From NCBI GenBank assembly GCA_024704765.1, contig JAKMXF010000077.1:449220-513219 (forward strand): a stretch of DNA of 64,000 nucleotides, given 5' to 3'. The DNA comes from Oopsacas minuta. Taxonomy: Eukaryota > Animalia > Porifera. The notes under the pieces are model-generated. The model worked only from the letters and a program-made list of their open reading frames with translations. It was not told where the DNA came from and made no database searches. Both the position numbers and the translations under genes were made by a program. Of this stretch, positions 55,380-64,000 are shown piece by piece (within the stretch, counting starts at the first letter, position 1; the number at the start of each line of letters is the position of its first letter).

Positions 55380-56100
55380 TATAGGAGTACAGTTAATCCT
55401 CCGCTAGTACAGGCTTCCTACAGGGATGATCTTCAGATCCCTCATGGCGAGGAAAGACGTTACCCTGGGGATATGGTGTGTCTTAATCGATGCATCCATG
55501 GCACGGTGGGCAATACCATTTGGTAAATCGTGCATCAAGCATACTGGCTCCTCGACATTAATTTGTTCTATTTCAAGCTTGAGCGTACTCATGTTGGTTT
55601 ATGTGTTACCTCGTTTGATATTCTCCATTTCAAGTGAGTCGATATGTGTTTTGGTTATATTTGTTCTCGCTGAGATTAGGAGTATAGCGACCTTTGTGTA
55701 GGATTTTCCCCTTAGATTAGAGGTCTTCAAGTAGGTGACTTGGGTGGTGGCTTGAGGGTTTGGTGTTAGAGGAACCCGTGTATGCCTCTGGTTCTCAAAG
55801 CACCAAACGCTCCTACTAGTTGGGCTTTTCCACTGTTCATGTGTTTCTACTGAAGCGCCTTCAGTGTCAGCCTCCTATATCACATGTGAGGGATATTATT
55901 ACTCACCGGAATGAAATTTTAAAAGTTTCGCCTGTAGGGCTAATTTGTGTATCGGTGGCTGCTATTGTGGATAAGTCATTTGTATGTCTAACTACTGGAA
56001 CATTTGTCCATAGGATGTTAAATGTCGCTCCATTGTTTGGTACATGCATCATGGAATTAATCTAGGAACTCGGCTATCAAATCTTCGGAGCCTTCCAGCG
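55380..56100 (-). pseudogene. Possible LTR-retrotransposon gag remnant
   Basis: More GC-rich, Pro/Thr-rich decayed frames with a knuckle-like CLMHDLPNGIAHRAMD; no RT, integrase or LTRs seen. Confidence 0.25.
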
Positions 56101-56433
56101 GCATGGAAATTTATTTGATTTATTTAAAGAATATCGCCATATTGAGAAGAAGAATTCATGATGTAATTCTCTCATCATTCGATTATCGAAAATTGAAACT
56201 TTCTGAGACTGCTCAGCAAATATATAGAATCAAAGCCTTCTTAGATAATGTGCGACTCATAATTTTTGGACTCTGGATAAGAGTATGATAAATGAAATTA
56301 CATAAGGGAAAGTTTTGTTTCGGTATTATATAAATTGTGCACGCTAACCCGGATAGATAGATAGATAAATTATTGGAACTAAACAACACAAAATTATATA
56401 CATATAATCATTTCCAGGGTGAAATGACACAAA

Positions 56434-57929
56434 GGGTTATTCGCTTCCCAGTAGGGAAATTTTCATATTTCAATCTTGTCAATGTATATATTGAGAATGA
56501 TTAGAAATATGTAGGTGTATCCAAATCTACAATTACTTGTTATCTGAATTAACTTACATTGATGTTGTACTATCACAAAGTCTCACCAAATTATGTTGAT
56601 TTTCGGGCCTTTGAAATAATTTTGTTGTTTACCCAACTAAAATTCCTATAAATATGATTTCAACCTTGAGAATGCTATCAAACTCATACTAGGTGTAGTT
56701 CTAATGGTACTTTCACAGCTCAAACCAAATTTATGTGAATTTTCATTAATTTGATCTACTTAAACTTTGTGATAATACAGCATAATTATTGGTTATATAA
56801 TATGAATAATGCGAACGTATTTTGTTGGGAACAGAAGTTCCTCGAAATTTCTCGCACTATTCAGGATAATACACGCTGATAGACTATCTAATAGAACTAT
56901 TCTATAAATATTTGTTCAGCGAAGTTCAACGAAACCAAAATAATACCAACATTCCATTCTATACTTTTGGTTACTATGATATGTTAAGCCCTGATGTTAC
57001 TATGTTGATGTAATATTTAACTAAACTAGTATTCGCAAGTCCACATATATTCTCGAAGAAACGAGTTCGTCAAATTGTAGATTCAAGTAATTCATCAGAG
57101 TAGTGACACTTTCAATGTTCTCCTATTGAGATAGTAATGTGATTGGCTGGTTGAGGAATTTAGAATTTGTGTAATGATTACACTAGATAAAATCCCCTTG
57201 ACAATCTTTCAATACAAGAGGAGCAACCTTAAACAAGAGAAAATATGAACAATCACGAGCTGTTTGAGATCTAAGATTACACACACTGTGACTTTCCGAC
57301 CCATCTACACTATGTTTAACCATTATTTGAGTGGCTACATTAGGGATTCTTCAATAGATTGTATAGACTGTGATGCTACGTCTCAAGATATTTACTATGT
57401 GGTCAATGTAGTTGACTGTTACTGCAATTGGATCTGATACCGATGGGTAAAATTGGAATGTAGGTATTAGAGTTGTACAAAAAACGCGAATTCGAGAACT
57501 TGTAATTTTGTCCTGACGCTTAAGAACTAGTTGTTCAAGATATTTTCGGACTGATCGTGGTCCATTGTTTATCCAAGCCGAGGTCACCTCAAATGGTGGT
57601 CCTTCACATATTTTGAGAACGTTGGAAATCATGAGTCGATTACAATTTTCTCTCCTAATTATTCTACTTGCCAAACTGACATCTACTTTAGCATTTCCAT
57701 TGCCCTGATTAGTATCCAGAAATATTTTATTTACTTCATGAATTGTAAGTGAAATTTTACAGCTTTGTTTGACTGTGGAATAATTGATATCCACTAATTT
57801 AGGTTTAAATATATATATATATATTCTTTGTAGTTGACATAATATTATCACATTCCTATACAACATATCCGAATCACAATATTATACTTCATACAAGATT
57901 TTGGGATACAATTCTTCAATAACTAATGC
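56434..57929 (-). repeat. Right arm of ~1.5-kb near-perfect inverted duplication
   Basis: Reverse complement of 50093-51589. Confidence 0.97.
57021..57866 (-). pseudogene. Mirror copy of the Transib/RAG1-like transposase pseudogene
   Basis: Identical to 50156-51001 including the same stop codons; DGS Asp codon at 57305-57303. Confidence 0.7.
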
Positions 57930-58140
57930 ATTGCCTAGTTACTTGGATTCGTTATTGAAACAAGATATATAATGAATATCTCATATAGTCATGAATTATA
58001 TGAAACGAAATAAATTTCAAATTTTTATTTGCGTTCTTAGGGAGTGAAATTTGCTTCGAAGTGGTTGATTAGGCATTCTAATTGCTAGTACTTGTTTTCT
58101 TTGGTATTTACTATGGACATTATATTCTATTTCCTATGTA

Positions 58141-59474
58141 CAGGGTGGAAAGAAATTGATGCCCTAATATTATTCTCATCATAATGTGATAATTCTACAA
58201 TACATTATACTGTTTATTTCTAACATACCCACCCTTTTGTTTTATGCATAATTTCATCCTTTTTGGCATCTCAAATACTAAATTGTCCAATATTTCTGGT
58301 GAATTTAAGACCACGCCTGCTTGATGTGTTTTTCAGGATTGAAATATTGGTTGGAGTGTCCATCAGTTCAACCTCTTGCTTTACGATAGACCACAAATTT
58401 TCTATCGGGTTGAGATCAGGACAGTTATCTGGCCATTGACTCCTATGCCAAACTCAACTAAGTTGGAATTGTACCATTCTTGTGCTCTTTTGGCTGTATG
58501 TGCCGACGCACTATCCTGTTGGACAATGTACCGTCACATGTCTGGCAGCAACTTCCAGTTAAAATACCTTCTTGTTCTGGTTGGCGAAGTAAACTAGACA
58601 TCAATGACCCATTTAATATCTCTTTTACATAATATTCAGCTGTGATTATTTGGCCTTGTGGATGAAATGAAGTTCTGATCCAGCTCTCAACTACATTATA
58701 CCCCATACAAGGTTTCTTGAGGGAAATTTTATTCTTTCAGAGGGTAAAAGCTGAGATCGGTCATAAACCCAAATACGATCATTTGACCATTAGCATATGG
58801 ATATATCTCAAAGGGTGATTCGTCTGAAAACAATATCCGACACGAGTCTTCTATTTTCCAAGTTTTTCGATCTCGACAAAACTTTAGGCGAACGGACCAC
58901 TGTTTTTCAGTCATTTTCGGTTGTTTTTGAGGCTTGAAAGGAATTAATTTGAGTGTACTCCTTAAATACTTACGCACAGTTGTATGAGAAACTGCACAAC
59001 ACTTTAAGCGTAAACGTTTAGCTAATTTCCGTGTTGATTGATGTCTCTTGGAAATAGATTTTGCTATGACGATTTTTGCAACTTTTGTAAGTTTTGATTT
59101 ACGTCCACGTCCATGCATATTTTCTAGGGAACCTTCATTCTGATAACGGGTTAACCATTGTCGAATTGTACGAATATTCACACCTAACTTTCTGAAGCAC
59201 ATTTTTGAGTCATTCCCCCTAATACCATTCCTACAGCCCTGCTTCTTGCACATGAACTGGTTTCCCTAACCATGATTATCAGCTGAAATTTGGATAAACA
59301 AATCTGATAAATGATGTGAGTAAAATACGCTTCCTAAGCAAGAACAATATGTCAAATCAAATTACAAAGCGTATGGAATAAATAACTGATGTAATATGGT
59401 AATTATCAAACTTCAATATATTTTGGGTTCATAGTATAAATTAGGTCAGTAGGGCATCAATTTCTTTCTAGCTG
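58141..59474 (-). mobile_element. Decayed Tc1-like transposon with DD37E spacing (1334 bp)
   Basis: TIRs cagggtggaaagaaattgatgcccta (58141-58166) and tagggcatcaatttctttctagctg (59450-59474), TA flanks. HTH region and ILFSDESPF in ORF 58729-59253. After repairing one frameshift, QQDSASAH...WPDNCPDLNPIENLW has 37 residues between D and E. Confidence 0.9.
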
Positions 59475-60539
59475 TATTTGTTCTAGTTTAGCGTATTTCA
59501 ATGGTATACTTGGTAAGATAATAAGCAGATAACATGAATGCCTGGATCCGAACCCCAGTATCTCTTACCGTTTTCGACTGTAATTTACCTGAATTTGAGA
59601 TAATATACATTGATTGATGCAATTCACCATGATATTCTCACTGAGTGAAATATAAATAATATATTCTGTATAAATAAGTTTGATCTTTAGGGCTTTGCTT
59701 CTGTAAACAAAATTCTTCAAACTTATAACAAAATACTTTCTCTTGGATTTATAGTAAATGCTATAACACAGGCTACGTACTCTAGCCCATTTGTACACAA
59801 ATTTAGCTGTACACAGGATTAGTATAAGTATAAAAATTTGCATTACAATGTTATTATCATATTTCTGAAAAAGCATTGAGGGTTGAAAACGCGCATTTTG
59901 CTTGAAAGTAGCTCCAAAACAATGGAAAAATTAGTATCACACAACTCTAGAAAATATTTTTGTCGAAAATAAGGAATTTCATTGATATCATTTGGTTAGA
60001 TAAAATGTAAAATTGATGGATAATCTATACAAGCTATGTCATCCAACTATTCCCATTTCGAAATGTCGTATGTTTGGCAAAAGGCCAATCTGTTGTAAAT
60101 AATGTTTCCTTTGTGAACATCAAATATACGATCCCAAGCGTTTCTTCGACTCCAGAATTATCATCAAATGATCTCAAGATGTTACAAAGTATACAATTTT
60201 AGTAATCAGGGCCGTGGCAGTAAAGCAATATGCCAGGTCAAACCGGGGTAAATTTTCCAGACCTGGTTTTGACCATGTTACAGCCTGGGCACTAAAAATA
60301 GTGGCTACTTCAATAATATAGACAGTTGGTAACTATATGTATATAATCACATGGCAATAAATCGATAAGTATATTCGTAGATTCATAACTTATGTTTGTT
60401 GTATTAATTAACTATGCGGTTCGAAATGAAAACTATCAAAAGACTTTCAAAATTACTGTGCAATAATAATAGAATAATATTTTACTCGGTACATCCCATG
60501 AGTCAGAGAAAAGGACAACTAATTGGAAGCTGATATGTC

Positions 60540-60930
60540 TTTACTGGTCCGGAACCAGTTATGGCCAACTATAACTGGTAGGCCGTTGTCATAACGGATC
60601 TGGCCAGTTTTACTAGCCCCATAATATACCCCCACTAGAAGATACCGGGATTCTTTTAGGATATCCAGGTTATACCGCTTTGGAGTTAACTGGGCTTGCT
60701 CCCTCATATTAGAGTATATTTAAGGACGGAGGTATAATCTCAGCTGTTACACTGGACCAGTTGTAGTACCAATAACTGGTTCACCCTTGTCGAACAATCT
60801 TTCAGGATCAATATTGGCGCCCACTAATCTATCACTCAGTTGTATGTCTCTAAATAAGTTCAGGGTCAAATAACTGAATGGACCTCCAGAAAGAGCCTTC
60901 CATATAACCGGACCAGTTATTGCCAGAGGG
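60540..60930. repeat. Cluster of short palindromic ccagttat/ataactgg motifs
   Basis: ccagttat-ggccaact-ataactgg near 60555, ccagttgt-agtacca-ataactgg near 60757, ataaccgg-a-ccagttat near 60905; ggaccagttgta also at about 44406. Confidence 0.5.
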
Positions 60931-62216
60931 CACAAATTATGGGCTGGAGTTGTTGTGCCGTGACGGAGCCCTGATGTTACCCAAATTAGGTTTAACTTGG
61001 TCAGGTAAAACTAGCCTCACGTAGACCTGAGTAATATTAGATAAATGAATGGGACTTGATTTGGCAATATTCACTTATAACTTAATAGTCGCTAGAGTTA
61101 TGGTAAATTCACTCTGCCAGTATATGTACTACATACCAAACTACATACCAAAAGTGGGACGAAATCATGATATGCCAATATTTGCTCCTTATCATGATCA
61201 CGCAATATGACTCCAGAGTTATAAGTGGACATTGGAAAAACATGCGCTATCTATGGTATCTAATATATCTCAAGAGTTAACAACTACTAAACTCCAAAAA
61301 TTGTATATTAAATGCATAAACATCCTTAGATCACTTGATACTATTTTTAGAATCGAAGACACACTAGTAATCATTCTCAGATCCTCAAAAATGAGGCATT
61401 ATTTACAACCAATTGAATATTATCGAAAATAATCAAAATGTAATAAACTTGAAGTAATCCAAGATCAAATATACCGAAATGGCTATAGTAACGATATCTG
61501 TGTGTTGCAGTAGTATTTATACCACAAATGATTGGAACATAAATTTCTAAGCTATTTGCATTGTCCAGTGGTACGTATTTATACTCTAAGTGTCAGAGGC
61601 CCCGGTATTAATAAGCGACTCTGAATGATTTACTCAAAAGGTTACTACTTAACATTCGGGAATTTGGTGTTCAGTTTGTGGGACACTCAATGATAAAGTT
61701 GACAAGCCAATAATTTTTCAAAGATGTCTACCTATGCATCTGAATTCAGTACATAAGAGGAAATGTTGGTAAGTCCAACGAACTAGATGTTAGTAAACAT
61801 TGTTTCTCTGTCTTAAAGATTGGACATAAATGCACTTCCCAGTAATTCATAATGGTCTCAAACTACTAGTGAGAAGAGGTATCATCAATAAGATAGTTTT
61901 TATATTCCTTCGCCGATGAGCAATCAAAAACACATCTCCGAGTTTGCAATGAATTCTTTAAGACTAAGAGTATTTAATGTACAATATGGGCAAAAACGGA
62001 CCTGCTTCATTATTAAAGAAGATCAGGGTATATTAGGTGAGGATATATGTTAGTCTGCCGGATCACCTATGAAACTTTGAACATGAATGAAAATTTGTTT
62101 GATATAACGACCAGTCTAGTAGTGTATTCAGGAATGACGATAAAATTGCTGCAATCAGTTTGAAGTAAGGATGAATTTATAGGATAGGTTTTTCAATCAA
62201 AATCATAAAGAGGCCG

Positions 62217-62597
62217 TTGTTATACAGAAAAGGAACAAAAATCGTGTATTCGAACAATGTTGAAACACTAGCCAACTATGCTGAAGAATCTCATTCGACA
62301 CCACCCAATGCATATCATTTGGGGTTAGATCATAGAAAGGGTTATCCTAAAGTAGTTTTACCGACTGTATATAATTTACGCTGTAAAGATAGTGCAAAAG
62401 GTTGTTTATTGGCTGATGTCACTGAGGCTTGGAAAAGGGGGAAGCATAATAAAATAATCGAAATGATGGCGGCAATAGGCCTTACCAAGCCTGTCAATGT
62501 TTTCCTCAGATCTCAAGGTGATCAAAATGGTTCTCGGTATATTGGAAGCTACATCAAGCTTAATAATGCTGTATCTTGTAATTTGCTGGATAACTGA
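62217..62597 (+). other. Orphan 126-codon ORF, possibly a transposon pseudogene fragment
   Basis: Non-repetitive protein-like sequence; the frame continues about 40 codons past the stop; TTG start; family not recognised. Confidence 0.25.
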
Positions 62598-63085
62598 GAA
62601 GGTGTTCTAAAAAAGATCATAATGAGAATTTTGAATATAGATACGAAACATGCCAATGACTGTTTCCAGTATCTGAAATGCATGCCCAACTTGGTTTACG
62701 CGAAAGATTCGTAAATCTACTTTCGAAAAACTGATGGGTGATGAAAATTAGAGAAATTGAACCTGTAATGGTTTGACCCTCCTCTAGGCCCTGCTAAAGA
62801 ATGCCATGGGGTAGATATACAGGAGGACAAGTATCAAAATCTATTAAACGAGGCCCGAAAGGCCGCGATTGCTAACCAAAAGCTAGCATCGCCAGTGTTA
62901 CCACAGAAGGCCATTCATTGTAATTTGGATGGACCATGAATAATAGAAATAAAACTTTCACTCAACAAAAAATTTCCTCTGGGCAATTAATGCTAGGTAT
63001 ATCTAGTCGTATGTCTACCAAACCTATCAAGAAATGCAGCTGTATAATAGTTAAGCTCACCTGATGTTCTAAGGTGTCTCGCCGT

Positions 63086-63109
63086 GACCTAGCAAGCGTA
63101 GCGCGCTAG
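63086..63109 (+). repeat. Helitron-like 3' terminus inserted into the Transib 3' UTR
   Basis: gacctagcaagcgtagcgcgctag|t; homology to the 12.8-13.2 kb Transib copy stops immediately to its right, at about 63111. Confidence 0.5.
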
Positions 63110-63110
63110 T

Positions 63111-64000
63111 ATGTATTAATTGCATATAGGTTTCAACCTTAGAAATTCACTGGTCTCATCAGTTCATCTATAGAGCTTCTCTAAGTCATTTCATGATCTC
63201 ATAGGGCTGTAGCTAATAATTGCCTTTTTGTAATTATTATTCTCGTCTACATAATGTACATAATTTCACAGAAATTTATGCTTATTATATTTCATTTTAA
63301 CTCTCAATAGATAGTTATTTAAATAGTTACATAAGTATATACTGATTTACAATTTATTGTAACGTAGATATGTTTACATGAGTATTTTTCTGATCTACTT
63401 TAAAAGTCAATTTCTCTGAAATCTCCCTAATGCTTGCACAAACTTGTCACTCTGACAATTAAGACGTAACAGAGAATCAATTGTATTGTCTTCATAGTTA
63501 AACTACCTAAGAATCCTCTCTCTTAACATTCTGACGTATTGGTTTAGGGATTCGATGCATTCTTCAGCTAATTAATTCAACCCGAACCCACCATTATAAT
63601 CAGCAATGAGATCAGTGAAATGAGCATGGAGTTTATGTAGTGATGGCGTGATGCTGGCCCAGGAAAAGGTTGTCACTAATAAAGATATGTTTCCTAGCGG
63701 AACAGTTCTAGTTTTAGTGTATCAACTTTTGAACCACACCTGAATACTTGTAAGATCACAGATAGGTTCTGAAGAATGAAGGCCTTTGATAATCTATCTT
63801 TGGAAAAGATGATGAAGTCGCCCACTTAGTGAAATCCCTTTCATCAAGGAAACAGGATCGTAATATATTCCTTGCTGACCTGGTACCTCCATCTCAAGAA
63901 AGAAGATCTATAAGGAAGCTAGTTTTCTCCAATACGAGATTTCGAATTTGAGTCATAGAAGTTTTGACTGGAAGATAAGTAGGTTTTCATTTTTTAAGGT
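63111..64000 (-). pseudogene. Transib/RAG1-like transposase pseudogene, C-terminal part (runs off the window)
   Basis: With frameshifts: DGGTRSARNILRSCF (Transib GTTNDGNTARRFF / RAG1 MNGNFARKLM); QNLSVILQVF; FSWASITPSLHKLHAHFTDLIADYNGGFGLN*LAEECIES (RAG1 ITNYFHKTLAH...WASEGNES with Zn-binding His pair and catalytic Glu); NYEDNTIDSLLRLNCQSD. Confidence 0.8.

Noticed and set aside
50001-58022. An 8-kb long-TIR transposon (Polinton/Foldback/MULE)
   Set aside because: The outermost ends are the least identical part, no TSD was found, and the spacer holds unrelated debris.
60120-60170. Penelope-type hammerhead ribozyme on the minus strand
   Set aside because: The core reads TTGATGA...GAAGAAAC and stem II is broken; at best a decayed relic.
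62380-62570. LLADVTEAWK resembling the Polinton polymerase motif LLADVFENFR
   Set aside because: Spacing to the next expected motifs does not fit and no polymerase motifs follow.
62217-62597. RAG2-like partner convergent with the RAG1-like remnant, as in ProtoRAG
   Set aside because: No kelch or PHD features. The 12.8-13.25 kb copy suggests the element ends about 350 bp after the transposase, leaving this ORF outside it, and a Helitron-like end lies between them.
1-64000. CRISPR array, rRNA, intact tRNA, prokaryotic operon or host gene
   Set aside because: No regularly spaced repeats, RNA-gene signatures or dense coding seen. Small host exons cannot be excluded without transcript data.

Overview
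AT-rich eukaryotic (probably invertebrate animal) DNA made mostly of transposon debris; I recognise no host gene, rRNA, intact tRNA or CRISPR array, and most ORFs in the track are spurious. Best-supported elements: an intact DD34D mariner (30419-31757) nested in an older mariner (29200-31843) that shares a TA with a pogo-type MITE; a complete but decayed Buster/Charlie hAT with a perfect 8-bp TSD (47298-49705); a decayed DD37E Tc1 (58141-59474); and several ZMYM1-like hAT remnants. The most unusual structure is a ~1.5-kb near-perfect inverted duplication (50093-51589 / 56434-57929) with ~84%-identical outer margins. Read through its stop codons, each arm encodes the N-terminal catalytic half of a Transib/RAG1-like transposase. 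C-terminal parts of a Transib/RAG1-like transposase lie at 63111-64000 (-) and 12771-13251 (+), the latter ending in an RSS-heptamer-like terminus. All family assignments rest on motif recognition by eye; no database search was run.
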